From: Candidatus Magasanikiibacteriota bacterium
Lineage (GTDB): Bacteria; Patescibacteriota; Patescibacteriia; Magasanikbacterales; UBA922
Length of the DNA stretch: 64,000 bases
Direction of reading: 5' to 3'
Assembly (NCBI GenBank): GCA_018652595.1
Contig: JABIBU010000027.1
Span: 4,416 to 68,415, forward strand
Both the position numbers and the translations under genes were made by a program. Under the pieces are notes generated by a model that worked only from the letters and a program-made list of their open reading frames with translations, searched no databases and was not told the origin of the DNA. The number at the start of each line of letters is the position of its first letter. Position 1 is the first letter of the stretch. Positions 1-9,056 of this stretch are shown here, in pieces.

Positions 1-518
1 GGTTGTTTTTAAAGCTACGTATTTCGATAATATTCTGATACTATCAGCTTCTCCAAATGTTGGCATTTCCTTTAAAGCAGAAGGCGAAACAAAAACTCCG
101 GGATCTTTTAATATTCTTTTAATTTCTGATTCTATTTCTTCCATCTTTTCTGGTGTTTGGTCTCTATAAAAAACTGGATCAATGCCTCCTATTGACATAA
201 TTATATCGAAAGTATTATCGGCAAAAGGTACTTGAGCTGCATCAGCTATTATTTTATTTTCAGTTTTTTCAGGATTAAGATTTTGATAATCAATACCACA
301 AGCCTGATATCCTTCTTCTAATAAAAAATCCACAGCCAACCCCTTACCAGTACCAATATCCAAGATTTTAGCTTTTTTATTTCTAATTTTTTCTCTTAGT
401 TCTTCGGGGATTGCTTCGTTTTTTAATATTTCTCTTAATATAAAACTCTCGACATATTTTTTTGCTTCTGCATCGCTTTCATCAGCTATAGGCATGTATT
501 CGCCTTTTTTTCTTATCA
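1..518 (-). CDS. Class I SAM-dependent methyltransferase, partial (start ATG at 518; C-terminus runs off the window edge)
   Basis: Manual translation of the minus strand gives MIRKKGEYMPIADESD...ILDIGTGKGLAVDFLLEEGYQACGIDY, with a glycine-rich GxGxG SAM-binding motif. The ORF is not in the supplied track because it is truncated by the window edge. Confidence 0.5.
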
Positions 519-521
519 TAT

Positions 522-1745
522 TTATAACTTAACCAATTCACTTTCCTCTTGATCCCTCTTCTTCACCTCTACACTACCCTGTTCTAGAGTTTTTGGACTA
601 ATTACATAGCGAACGGGAATACCAATTAGATCGCTGTCTGCAAATTTGGCGCCAGCAGAGGTATTGCGGTCATCATACAGCACATCTTTGCCCTCGCTTG
701 TTAATTTTGTATAAAGTTCATCAGCTTTTTTTACATCAGATTCTTCTTTGCAGAGTGAAACAAGATGAATATCAAATGGAGCAACTTCTTCTGGCCAGAT
801 TAGACCATTTTCATCATTGTGAACCTCGGCAATGGTGCCCATTACACGTCCGGGTCCTATTCCGTAGCTACCCATGATTACAGTCTGTTGCTTACTATCT
901 TTGTCATTATAGTTCAATCCAAGTGGTTCAGAATATTTGGTCCCCAAGGTAAATATATTACCAACTTCGACTGCTTTTACTTCTTCCAAATTATCTTTAT
1001 TTAATTCTAAACTTGCCAAAATTTCATCAGTATAGACTTCTTTATTTACGGCAATCTTTTTTTCTCTATCAAGATAAATAATATCTTCACCCGATTCAGT
1101 TAGGGTTTGAAATTCATGGGAATATTTGCTAAATACCCCACCTGAAGCAAAAGTAATAAAGGTTTTGTCACCCAGTCCACAGCGTTCAAATATTTTTAAA
1201 TAAGCTGGTTTGGTGCTTTCATAAAAATTATCATGCTCTTCTTGTGTGCGTGAGAATGAGTACAAATCTTTCATCAAGAATTCACGACAACGCATTATAC
1301 CACTCTTTGATCTAAGTTCATTACGGAATTTTGTCTGAATCTGATAAGGATAACAAGGTAAATCTTTGTAAGAATTGATATGGTTCTTCATCAAATTTGC
1401 TAATGGTTCTTCGTGAGTAAAAGCAAGGCCTAGCTCAGTATCATTTTTTAGTCTGGTTTTGAACCAATTATCCACTATTTCGTCACTCCAGCGATCAGTT
1501 CTTTTCCAGAGTTCTGGATTTTGCAGTGAGGTTAAGAATATCTCCTGTCCGCCAATTATATTCATTTCTTCACGAATAATATTATTGATTTTATTCAAAA
1601 CGCGCAAACCTAGAGGTAGATAAGAGTAAGCACCGGCAAGTTCTTTGTGGATAAAGCCAGCCTTAATTAGAAGCTGAGCATTTGTACTTACTTCATCTTT
1701 TGGGGTTTGCTTAGATGTTTTTGTGAATAGTTGTGATTGTCTCAT
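522..1745 (-). CDS. proS: Prolyl-tRNA synthetase (short class II form without editing domain)
   Basis: 407 aa. Class II aaRS motifs and an anticodon-binding C-terminus are present (GIGPGRVMG..., FADSDLIGIPVRYVISPKTLE). Confidence 0.85.
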   Translation of the reverse strand: MRQSQLFTKTSKQTPKDEVSTNAQLLIKAGFIHKELAGAYSYLPLGLRVLNKINNIIREEMNIIGGQEIFLTSLQNPELWKRTDRWSDEIVDNWFKTRLKNDTELGLAFTHEEPLANLMKNHINSYKDLPCYPYQIQTKFRNELRSKSGIMRCREFLMKDLYSFSRTQEEHDNFYESTKPAYLKIFERCGLGDKTFITFASGGVFSKYSHEFQTLTESGEDIIYLDREKKIAVNKEVYTDEILASLELNKDNLEEVKAVEVGNIFTLGTKYSEPLGLNYNDKDSKQQTVIMGSYGIGPGRVMGTIAEVHNDENGLIWPEEVAPFDIHLVSLCKEESDVKKADELYTKLTSEGKDVLYDDRNTSAGAKFADSDLIGIPVRYVISPKTLEQGSVEVKKRDQEESELVKL

Positions 1746-1766
1746 AAGGTTTATAATATATTATTT

Positions 1767-1866
1767 ATAGATACACGGATTAAACTGATCCAACAGATAA
1801 TAACGAATTTTAAATATATGTAAATCCGTTAAAATTCGTTTAATTCGTCAGATCTGTGTATCTATA
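1767..1866. repeat. Intergenic palindromic repeat element, family 1 copy (TATAGATACACGGATTAAACTGATC...CGAATT...GATCTGTGTATCTATA)
   Basis: The terminal inverted repeat TATAGATACAC / GTGTATCTATA flanks about 80 bp. Its core ACACGRATTAAACTRATC-AAC..TAACGAATT recurs at 10496, 11787, 22207 and 23269. Confidence 0.7.
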
Positions 1867-1969
1867 AGCATAGCGTCATTATTCTTTCTTTGTTGTAAAC
1901 CCAGCACCAAAGTATTGTTAATTATTGGTATGAGTCGCTATTAAAATTATTTTATTTTTTCTAATCCTA

Positions 1970-2356
1970 CTACTCCTTTTCTTGGTGCTGGGTAAAACTA
2001 AAGGCTAAGATAAAAGCCAAAGCAAGTAGAAATATTCCAGTATTCCACCATGTTAGGTATGCTCTGCCTTGTAAAAACAATAGCATAATCAGCGCGACAG
2101 AAATAAAAAAAGAATCACTAAAGCTTCTCTTCACATACCTAAACATTGGTAGGGCTTCGCGAGAAAAGAGCTGGCGAATAAAAAATGCCAGAACAGAAAT
2201 AGTACCAAGTAGAGCAAAGAACAGGCTAATATAAAAAAATACAAAGCCAATGCCGGTATCTTGAAATGGGTCAATATTAACAATAACAATACCCCATGCT
2301 GTCCAGCATAAGATTGATCCAAAAATCATGATTGTTATGTATTGTTTTAGTGTCAT
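1970..2356 (-). CDS. Small integral membrane protein (4 predicted TM helices), unknown function
   Basis: 128 aa, highly hydrophobic. Host-like AT-rich codon usage. Confidence 0.45.
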   Translation of the reverse strand: MTLKQYITIMIFGSILCWTAWGIVIVNIDPFQDTGIGFVFFYISLFFALLGTISVLAFFIRQLFSREALPMFRYVKRSFSDSFFISVALIMLLFLQGRAYLTWWNTGIFLLALAFILAFSFTQHQEKE

Positions 2357-2515
2357 GCTATACAGAAAACAGTTATCAAATAACAGATAACATTCTTTTT
2401 TACTTAAAAAATAGCTCTATTAAGCTACTTCATATTTTACTTGATTTTGACAATAATGGCAAGTGGTGCCCATTATCCTGCTAGCAGGCAGGTATGATTG
2501 ATAATAGCTATCTGA

Positions 2516-2782
2516 TTAGAGTAAATACCTAATTCTGTCGACTTCATCTTGGTCCAACATTTTATTAATTTCCACCACAATCTCTTCTTGGGCCTCACGT
2601 AGCTCTCGGGCAATCTCAGAATTGGCGCAGGTTACAGTAAGTGTTCTATTTTTCAAAAAAAGTGGATCAATCTTTTTTGAGGTCTCTCCCAAGACTGCTT
2701 CCAAGGATTTTTTGGCACACTCAAGCAGGTGCGCATCACCTTCTTTTTTGGGATCTTGTTGTGTTAGTGGTGAGAATACCAT
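2516..2782 (-). CDS. Small hypothetical protein, possibly DUF721/DciA-like
   Basis: 88 aa. The C-terminal LTVTCANSEIARELR resembles the DUF721 signature. Weak. Confidence 0.35.
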   Translation of the reverse strand: MVFSPLTQQDPKKEGDAHLLECAKKSLEAVLGETSKKIDPLFLKNRTLTVTCANSEIARELREAQEEIVVEINKMLDQDEVDRIRYLL

Positions 2783-2796
2783 AAATCAAATATAGT

Positions 2797-3312
2797 CTAT
2801 ATTTCGTACAAGTATATATTATCATCTTTTTGCAAATATTGCCAATCTGGAAAAGCAAAAGCATGGGAAATTATCCTACTACCAGGTTTCATCTCTTTTT
2901 TTATTTTCTTGGCCAGTTTTTCCATTCGGTGTGGTATGAAATAAATAAAGACCAGATCAAAGTCTGATAAATCAGTTTTCCACAGGCTTTCGTTTTTGAA
3001 TTTTATATTTTTTCTGCCTCTAGCTTTAATCTTACTAATCCAGTACAGAGATGGATTGATTTCTACTCCTATACTTTTTGCACAGTATTTTGCAGCTTCA
3101 ATTGTTATTCTTCCTTCGCCCGAACCAAGATCTACCACTTTGTCAGTTGGTTTTAGATTTGCCATTTTTATCATTTTTTTAAGCCTGGCTTTTTTGGTTG
3201 GGACGAATGGCGCTCCTGAGATAATCGCGTATAGTGAATACACGGAATATAAAAAAACTACTGCAATGAATATTGCAAAAATTGTTAGGAGTAACACTGT
3301 TGTAAGTGTCAT
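2797..3312 (-). CDS. Membrane-anchored class I SAM-dependent methyltransferase
   Basis: 171 aa. An N-terminal TM helix is followed by the VVDLGSGEGRITIEAA SAM-binding motif. Confidence 0.6.
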   Translation of the reverse strand: MTLTTVLLLTIFAIFIAVVFLYSVYSLYAIISGAPFVPTKKARLKKMIKMANLKPTDKVVDLGSGEGRITIEAAKYCAKSIGVEINPSLYWISKIKARGRKNIKFKNESLWKTDLSDFDLVFIYFIPHRMEKLAKKIKKEMKPGSRIISHAFAFPDWQYLQKDDNIYLYEI

Positions 3313-3317
3313 AAGTT

Positions 3318-6263
3318 TTACAGTTTTCTAAATTCACAAATTTCCTTATACTCACAATATTTACAAATAAATGGACCTGGAGTTGGTTTGAATTCGCCTT
3401 CACTAATCTTATTCATAGTATCTAATAATTTTTCTTGAAGTTTTTCAATGTCCTTGTCCTTGCCAATAAAAGATTGTCGTAGATCATCATTTACATAATA
3501 AAAAGTCAGCTGACTCACTTCGCCAATATTCTTGTATTCAGGTAGACTCTGAGCAGCTATCTGGTAGATCAAGAGTTGTTGTTTGTCGTCAGCTGATAAT
3601 TTTTCCTTGCCTTTGCCAGTTTTATAATCAATAATTTCCAAACTTCCGTCTTCAAGCTGATCTATTCTATCAATCCGACCATTTATCAAATACTCACCAA
3701 CTTTAATTTTGAAAAATCCTTCCAAACTAACTGGCACTGTCCAATTTCCTTCTTGAGAAGTATAAAATATCTTCAAAATTTCCTTTCCTTTTTCAAAATA
3801 CTGCTTGCGTTGTTTTTTGCTATTATACCAGTCTGCAATCCATTTTTCTTCATACATTTCTAGTAATTCTTCTATTTTTGGTACTTTGACACCACCTGAT
3901 ATGTCATGTCCTTTTTCTGCGGGCAAGCCAAACAATGAATCTTGCTTTACATTATTTAATTCTTGAACTCTTTCATAAAATTTTTGCAATGTGTTATGAA
4001 TTGTATTGCCAAAACTAAAGCTAGGACTACCTTTCATTGGAATTTTCAAGACATGAGATAATTTATATTGATATGGACAGCGATTGTAAGCATTTATTTG
4101 TGAGAAAGAAAATTTCTTTGGTGGTTCGTAGACTAGTTCGGCCTTGTCTTTTTTCTCACTAGTTTTTTTATTTAGAATTATTTTTTTGCTTGTTTTTTCT
4201 TTATTATCAATTGTTGTGCCTAGTTCTAGTTCGACTAAAAACCTACTTAGCTTTTTCTTTCTCATCCCACCATAATCTTCAGCGCTGGTTAAGAATAATT
4301 TTTGCTTAGCGCGAGTGCAGGCGACGTAAAAAAGTCGTCTTTCTTCTTGGTAGTGAAAGTCTCCTTCTGGTAAATTTTCTTTAATTAATTCACTTGGAAT
4401 TTCTATGCCACTACTTTTTTTTCTGGTTGGTAGTCTTTCTTCTACGCAATTTACCACAAAAACATATTTGTATTCTAGGCCTTTTGCGCTATGAACCGTA
4501 ATAATATTTACCGAGTCTGGCGTGTCTTCTATCTGTACCATTTTACCATTGTCACCCGACTCAATGATTTGATTGTAATGATCCACAAAGCCAGCAACAT
4601 GAGCGCCAGGGATTGCTTGCTCATATTTTTCGATTAGATTAAAAAATTGTTTTACATGATAAATTTGTCTGATTACCTCTCTATTACCAACCGTTTCTTC
4701 GTGAGCAAGATACTTCAAATACCCGCTGTCTTCCAAAAAATTGTATAACACTGCAGTTGGTTTTTCAAATCTAGCTCGTTTCATTCCATCGTGAACAAGG
4801 TCAATTAATTTTTGACAAATTTCAATTCCAACAGGTGAAATAAAAAATTCTCGGGCGCGTTTACAAGCTTCGTAATATGGGATTGATTTCTTTTTGGATC
4901 CACTAGTCAGCTTTTGTAAGTCATCCTCTTTAAAATTTAAAAATGGCATCCTGAGCAATCTATAAATCGCTTTATCATTATGAATATTCTCTACAATATT
5001 TAAAAAGTTTACCGAATCAAGTACTACAGGCTGGCGATACAGTCCAGATGAGGCAAGATACTCATACGGGATATTATAGGCCTCAAAAGCGTTTAAAAAC
5101 GGCTCTACGTGACTGTTGGCACGAACTAGTAAGGCAAAATCATCCAATGTGGCATCTTTGTCTTGCTCTTTTATTTCTGATATCTTTTTTACTACACCCT
5201 GCACTTCGTCATCTAAGCTTTCAAAATGTAAATGTTCGACTCCCCCGTCCTTTATACCACCTTTTGCTTTTAGTTTTTTATCTATTTTTAATTTTTTTTC
5301 TAGACGATCCGGATTATTGTGCTGTATAGATTTGTAAGCAAAATCAAGCACTTCTTTTGCAGATCTATAATTTTCTGTTAGTACAATTTCATCTGCATTT
5401 TTAAAATCTTCTTTAAAACGCATGATAATGGAGACATTACTTCCTCGAAAAGAATATATACTTTGATCATCGTCTCCGACTGCCGTAAGAGAAGTTTCTT
5501 TTCCTGTTAGAAGCTTCACTAGTTCATACTGTGCCCAATTAACATCTTGAAACTCATCTACCAAAATATATTTGAAACGTTCTTGTAATTTTTGCAAAAT
5601 ATTTGGTCGTTCACGCAGAAGTTTTACAGTATAAAAAATAAGACCACCAAAATCCATTGCATTGCTGTCCAGTAATATTTGTTCGTATTTGTGATATGCA
5701 TCAGCTACCTCTATTAGTCTGTTTTTTTCTTGAATCTCAGCTTCGTCTTTGTCCAGAATTATACCTTCAACGTGGTCCAAATATTCTTGAGTTGAAATAA
5801 GTTCATCTTTACACTTTGAAAAATGATCAAGTAGGGTGTGTATTTGCCCAGTCGGATTTCCCATTGGACGATAATAATCTAGATTGAAATCATAAATACT
5901 TTCCTTCATCATGAGCCAAGCATCGGTTTGGGATAATAATTTGAAATTTTTTGGTAAACCAATTTCTACTCCATATTCTTCGAGTAATCTCTGGCAAAAT
6001 GCATGAAAAGTTGAGATTTGTAAATCCACGTAACCTGTTTCAAGCATCTCATCCACGCGTTCCTCCATCTCCCCTGCTGCCTTGTCTGTAAAAGTCAAAG
6101 CCAAAATTTCCTCAGGTTTGGCGAAGTTTTTTTCTATTAAATAACTAATCTTCTTAGTAATAACAGTAGTTTTACCAGTTCCAGCACCAGCAACTATAAG
6201 AAGTGGACCTTTTGTGTGTTCTATGGCTTGTTTTTGAGCTGGGTTGAGTTTGTATTTTGGCAT
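3318..6263 (-). CDS. UvrD/PcrA-family SF1 helicase fused to a C-terminal PD-(D/E)XK (RecB/Cas4-like) nuclease with a Cys cluster (AddA-like single chain)
   Basis: Walker A GAGTGKTT after the conserved UvrD start MPKYKLNPAQKQAIEH (internal Met; the track ORF begins 23 codons earlier). The C-terminus carries RIDRID...DYKTGK and a CKYCEYKEIC 4-Cys motif. Confidence 0.75.
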   Translation of the reverse strand: MPKYKLNPAQKQAIEHTKGPLLIVAGAGTGKTTVITKKISYLIEKNFAKPEEILALTFTDKAAGEMEERVDEMLETGYVDLQISTFHAFCQRLLEEYGVEIGLPKNFKLLSQTDAWLMMKESIYDFNLDYYRPMGNPTGQIHTLLDHFSKCKDELISTQEYLDHVEGIILDKDEAEIQEKNRLIEVADAYHKYEQILLDSNAMDFGGLIFYTVKLLRERPNILQKLQERFKYILVDEFQDVNWAQYELVKLLTGKETSLTAVGDDDQSIYSFRGSNVSIIMRFKEDFKNADEIVLTENYRSAKEVLDFAYKSIQHNNPDRLEKKLKIDKKLKAKGGIKDGGVEHLHFESLDDEVQGVVKKISEIKEQDKDATLDDFALLVRANSHVEPFLNAFEAYNIPYEYLASSGLYRQPVVLDSVNFLNIVENIHNDKAIYRLLRMPFLNFKEDDLQKLTSGSKKKSIPYYEACKRAREFFISPVGIEICQKLIDLVHDGMKRARFEKPTAVLYNFLEDSGYLKYLAHEETVGNREVIRQIYHVKQFFNLIEKYEQAIPGAHVAGFVDHYNQIIESGDNGKMVQIEDTPDSVNIITVHSAKGLEYKYVFVVNCVEERLPTRKKSSGIEIPSELIKENLPEGDFHYQEERRLFYVACTRAKQKLFLTSAEDYGGMRKKKLSRFLVELELGTTIDNKEKTSKKIILNKKTSEKKDKAELVYEPPKKFSFSQINAYNRCPYQYKLSHVLKIPMKGSPSFSFGNTIHNTLQKFYERVQELNNVKQDSLFGLPAEKGHDISGGVKVPKIEELLEMYEEKWIADWYNSKKQRKQYFEKGKEILKIFYTSQEGNWTVPVSLEGFFKIKVGEYLINGRIDRIDQLEDGSLEIIDYKTGKGKEKLSADDKQQLLIYQIAAQSLPEYKNIGEVSQLTFYYVNDDLRQSFIGKDKDIEKLQEKLLDTMNKISEGEFKPTPGPFICKYCEYKEICEFRKL

Positions 6264-6322
6264 AGTTTTTATTATTTCTACAACTATTCTACCATTATTT
6301 AACAAAATTGACAAAAGTACTA

Positions 6323-6352
6323 AAAAATCCACCTAAATAGACGGATTTTTTG
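6323..6352. terminator. Rho-independent terminator hairpin (AAAAAATCC-loop-GGATTTTTT)
   Basis: Perfect 8-bp stem flanked by A/T runs, downstream of the minus-strand EamA-like gene. Confidence 0.5.
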
Positions 6353-6380
6353 TTTTATATGCTTTCTAGGAGAAATTCAT

Positions 6381-6803
6381 TTACTTCAAACTAATAAGTA
6401 TTGCTCCTCCGGCCATTAATATTGCACCACTTACACTTTTCCAGGTGAATCCTTCTGCTAGGAATATTCCAGCTAGAATTACTACGAATACGATACTCAG
6501 ACGATCAATTGCTACAACTTTACTAGCGTCACCATGTTTTAGTGCTATGAAGTAAAACAACCAAGATAAAGCGCCGGCAATACCTGATAAAGTTATCAAA
6601 ATCCAGTCTTTTGTTTGAATATTATTAAACTGAAAACCATCAAACTTTCTCATGCTAAGACTTACTAGTACCAAAAACACTGCCATAATAATACCACGAA
6701 TAGTAGTAGCAAGAGTTGAGTCAATAGTCTTGAGTCCCAGCTTACCAAAGATAGCAACCAAAGCAGCAAAGATCGACGCTAAAAATGCATAAAATAACCA
6801 CAT
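6381..6803 (-). CDS. Small EamA-like (DMT superfamily) membrane transporter, single 4-TM domain
   Basis: 140 aa, 4 hydrophobic helices, EamA-like pattern. Confidence 0.5.
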   Translation of the reverse strand: MWLFYAFLASIFAALVAIFGKLGLKTIDSTLATTIRGIIMAVFLVLVSLSMRKFDGFQFNNIQTKDWILITLSGIAGALSWLFYFIALKHGDASKVVAIDRLSIVFVVILAGIFLAEGFTWKSVSGAILMAGGAILISLK

Positions 6804-6835
6804 ATACGTTTGTAGTTTAATGATTTATTAGTTTT

Positions 6836-7396
6836 TTATTCTGGAATTACTCGCAAGGCATCATTAAATCTATTTATATAATTAAATAATCCAATCACTG
6901 ATGTTAACTCCACTATTTGCTGGTCATTGTAATGATTTTTGAGCTTGTTAAATAAATCATCACTTATTTTGTAGGCTTCGCGTGTTACAGCTTCGCCATA
7001 TTCCAAAACAATTTGTTCCGCTTTTGGTAAATCTTCAAACTTATGATTTTTTATCCGTTCCACTATTTCATCATCCAAGCCACAAGCATGTAGCTTATTA
7101 TGTGCTACGCTGGTACAGTACTCACATTCATTAACACGAGACACATGAAAAGCCATTTTCCATTTTACTTCAGCTGAAACCGAGCCTTCACACATTGTCT
7201 TTCTAAGCAAATTCGAAAAACTTAGTAAAATATCAGGGCAATGTGCCATAACTCTAGCCCACTCTGGAACTTTCCCCATCTTATCGGTCCAAGAGTCAAA
7301 AAGCTTATCTACATTATCTGGTGTATCGATTTTTTCAAGTATTTTTACTCGAGTAATTTTGTTGTCTTGCATATTATTTTTTATTTTCCTTCCCAA
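6836..7396 (-). CDS. Carboxymuconolactone decarboxylase/AhpD-like family protein
   Basis: 186 aa with a NECEYCTSVAHNKLHACG Cys/His cluster typical of the AhpD-like fold. Confidence 0.5.
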   Translation of the reverse strand: MGRKIKNNMQDNKITRVKILEKIDTPDNVDKLFDSWTDKMGKVPEWARVMAHCPDILLSFSNLLRKTMCEGSVSAEVKWKMAFHVSRVNECEYCTSVAHNKLHACGLDDEIVERIKNHKFEDLPKAEQIVLEYGEAVTREAYKISDDLFNKLKNHYNDQQIVELTSVIGLFNYINRFNDALRVIPE

Positions 7397-7659
7397 TGCT
7401 CTTCTGCTTCTTCTTCCATCTTATCAAGTCTATGATAATAATCGGAAAATTCATTCAAATGAGCTAAAGCGATTTTTCCAGTCAAAAGTGGGTCATCATT
7501 AGTTACATTTGTAATCGGATCTTCTGTGCCATGTTCTAGTTCTATATCCATACCATGACGAAATTGTTCTAGATCAAACCCTTTGGCTTCGAAATCAATA
7601 TTTAATTGATTTGCAACCTCCTGGGCTTGTTCTGAGGTAAACACTGTTTTTCCTGACAT
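7381..7659 (-). CDS. Small acidic protein, DUF5661-like (LEHG motif)
   Basis: 92 aa. GMDIELEHGTEDP motif. Confidence 0.4.
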   Translation of the reverse strand: MSGKTVFTSEQAQEVANQLNIDFEAKGFDLEQFRHGMDIELEHGTEDPITNVTNDDPLLTGKIALAHLNEFSDYYHRLDKMEEEAEEHWEGK

Positions 7660-7683
7660 AAAAAATTACTTAAGGATTAAAGT

Positions 7684-7709
7684 AAAAATCCCCACAAAGG
7701 GGGCTTTTA
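7684..7709. terminator. Rho-independent terminator (GCCCCC-TTTGT-GGGGAT + T run on minus strand)
   Basis: Hairpin plus a T-tract immediately downstream of the 7718..7879 small ORF. Confidence 0.45.
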
Positions 7710-7717
7710 CTTAGATT

Positions 7718-7879
7718 TTATTCTTCTTTGTCGTCTATTTCCTCCTCTGGTAAGTCGCCATCATCATCAGCTGTGCCATAACAAGCACAACAATGACCGC
7801 AGCGGCCACAACGAGTGCAGACTTCGTCTTCTAGAAGTACCGCTTCGCATTCTGAACAATAAATCATTTCTGTTTCCAT
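7718..7879 (-). CDS. Small Cys-rich peptide (53 aa, 10 Cys) with acidic DLPEEEIDDKEE tail
   Basis: Manual translation: METEMIYCSECEAVLLEDEVCTRCGRCGHCCACYGTADDDGDLPEEEIDDKEE. Below the track length cutoff. Terminator downstream. Confidence 0.45.
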   Translation of the reverse strand: METEMIYCSECEAVLLEDEVCTRCGRCGHCCACYGTADDDGDLPEEEIDDKEE

Positions 7880-7891
7880 ATTAATAGATTA

Positions 7892-8029
7892 CTAGCAAGT
7901 TTGGCAGTCACACCCACTGCATCCTTCTGTTTTTTCTTCTTTACAGTCACAGCATGCTTTACAGCATGTGCCGCCATCACAGCATTTGTTTTCGTCGTTT
8001 ATCTCGACTTCGCATTTTGTACAATTCAT
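7892..8029 (-). CDS. Small Cys-rich peptide (45 aa, 14 Cys), metallothionein-like composition
   Basis: Manual translation: MNCTKCEVEINDENKCCDGGTCCKACCDCKEEKTEGCSGCDCQTC. Lies in tandem with 7718..7879. Confidence 0.4.
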   Translation of the reverse strand: MNCTKCEVEINDENKCCDGGTCCKACCDCKEEKTEGCSGCDCQTC

Positions 8030-8055
8030 AGAAATTGTTTATTAGTTCCAGCCAC

Positions 8056-8100
8056 AGACTGCCTGCCCGCCAAATGGTCGGGGTCAGCCTTGGGCTGAAA
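8056..8100. repeat. Short intergenic repeat, family 3 (GCCCGCCAAATGGTCGGGGTCAGCCTTGGGCTGAAA)
   Basis: Near-identical 16-mer CAGCCTTGGGCTGAAA and about 25 nt of flanking similarity recur at 46307..46343. Confidence 0.55.
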
Positions 8101-8131
8101 GAATGATAAATATATTATACATTAGTAAAAT

Positions 8132-8551
8132 TTAATATTCAAGTAATACCACTTCCTCACTATCTTTTATATCAGCTAATATTGATTTTACTTCTAAGCC
8201 AGGGAATTTTGCATTTATTACTTCTTTAGCTTTGTTCATGTCGCTATTATACTTTTGTTTTTCAGTTTCCAAATTTTCAAAAGCACTATGACCACCATAT
8301 GCACCACAATCTGTGTGATGTACTAGATATAGAGTTTTTATACCATGTAATTTTACTGAGAGTTCTATTTGATTTAAGATGAATTTGGCATCAGCAGAAT
8401 CAACATCTTCGACAATAGCTTTGCTAATTCCGGCAACTGATATAACATCACAGTCATCCATAATTCCCTTTTCTTCCATCCATTTGTCTATGGCAGAAGT
8501 TAGGCGGAAGTCAATACATTTAATAAGTGCGCTTGAGCATTGGTGGGACAT
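8132..8551 (-). CDS. Beta-carbonic-anhydrase-like small zinc protein (CxDxR ... HxxC motifs)
   Basis: 139 aa. CIDFR and VHHTDCGAYGG match the beta-CA zinc ligand pattern, but the protein is shorter than canonical beta-CA. Confidence 0.4.
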   Translation of the reverse strand: MSHQCSSALIKCIDFRLTSAIDKWMEEKGIMDDCDVISVAGISKAIVEDVDSADAKFILNQIELSVKLHGIKTLYLVHHTDCGAYGGHSAFENLETEKQKYNSDMNKAKEVINAKFPGLEVKSILADIKDSEEVVLLEY

Positions 8552-8714
8552 ATAATTAGTAGAAGGTTAAAAGTAGAAAGTATAAAGATATTTTATATGA
8601 AAAATATATTTTTGTCCAACAAAAAACTACCTGCCATCAGATAGTCTTTTGTAGTTGGGGCGAGAATTATGGTGCTCGCCCGTTTCACCTTTGTTCTCGG
8701 TTGCGAGGCAAGGA

Positions 8715-8945
8715 CTACCTGTCCATGCCGGCGAGCAAGGCCTCGGCGCCGTTGGTCGTGTCGGTCCCCATCAGCCATGCCAATGACTTGTCGGGATCCT
8801 GACTTGATTCGACCGTGTTGGCGATGGCGTTGAGTTCTGCTTCTCCCTCTGTTGCACTCACTCCCGGCTGCAGGAGAGATCCCACCGGTAACGCCCCCTT
8901 CCTCTCCAGACGCTCCAGTCCGCCCATCTCACGATCCTGTGGCAT
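8715..8945 (-). CDS. Hypothetical 76-aa protein in GC-rich island A (own SD AAGGAGGG)
   Basis: ATG preceded by AAGGAGGGTATC. GC about 58% against about 35% in the host. Upstream TTGTAT-16-TAATAT promoter-like sequence. Hairpin downstream. Confidence 0.45.
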   Translation of the reverse strand: MPQDREMGGLERLERKGALPVGSLLQPGVSATEGEAELNAIANTVESSQDPDKSLAWLMGTDTTNGAEALLAGMDR

Positions 8946-9002
8946 GATACCCTCCTTGGTGTTTGGATCATCAGTTTATATGTATATATTATCATATATA
9001 TA

Positions 9003-9036
9003 AAAAAATACAACCTTTTGTGAGGTTGTATTTTAT
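9003..9036. terminator. Rho-independent terminator (AAATACAACC-loop-GGTTGTATTTT) for the antiporter gene
   Basis: Hairpin with flanking A/T tracts just downstream of the 9057 stop. Confidence 0.55.
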
Positions 9037-9056
9037 TCCATGTATATTATATCGTG

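Noticed and set aside
2357-2515. GTTATC-N8-GATAAC inverted repeat upstream of the 1970..2356 membrane protein gene, considered as an operator
   Set aside because: A single occurrence and a short AT-rich palindrome that could arise by chance. Not reported as a feature.
8593-8960. GC-rich block considered as a structured RNA gene (RNase P RNA, tmRNA, SRP RNA, 6S)
   Set aside because: No conserved signature stretches of these RNAs are present, such as the tmRNA 3' end, the RNase P P4 region or the SRP domain IV motif. Instead there is an ATG with a perfect AAGGAGGG SD and a 76-codon ORF. Kept as a protein-coding cassette with the RNA alternative noted.
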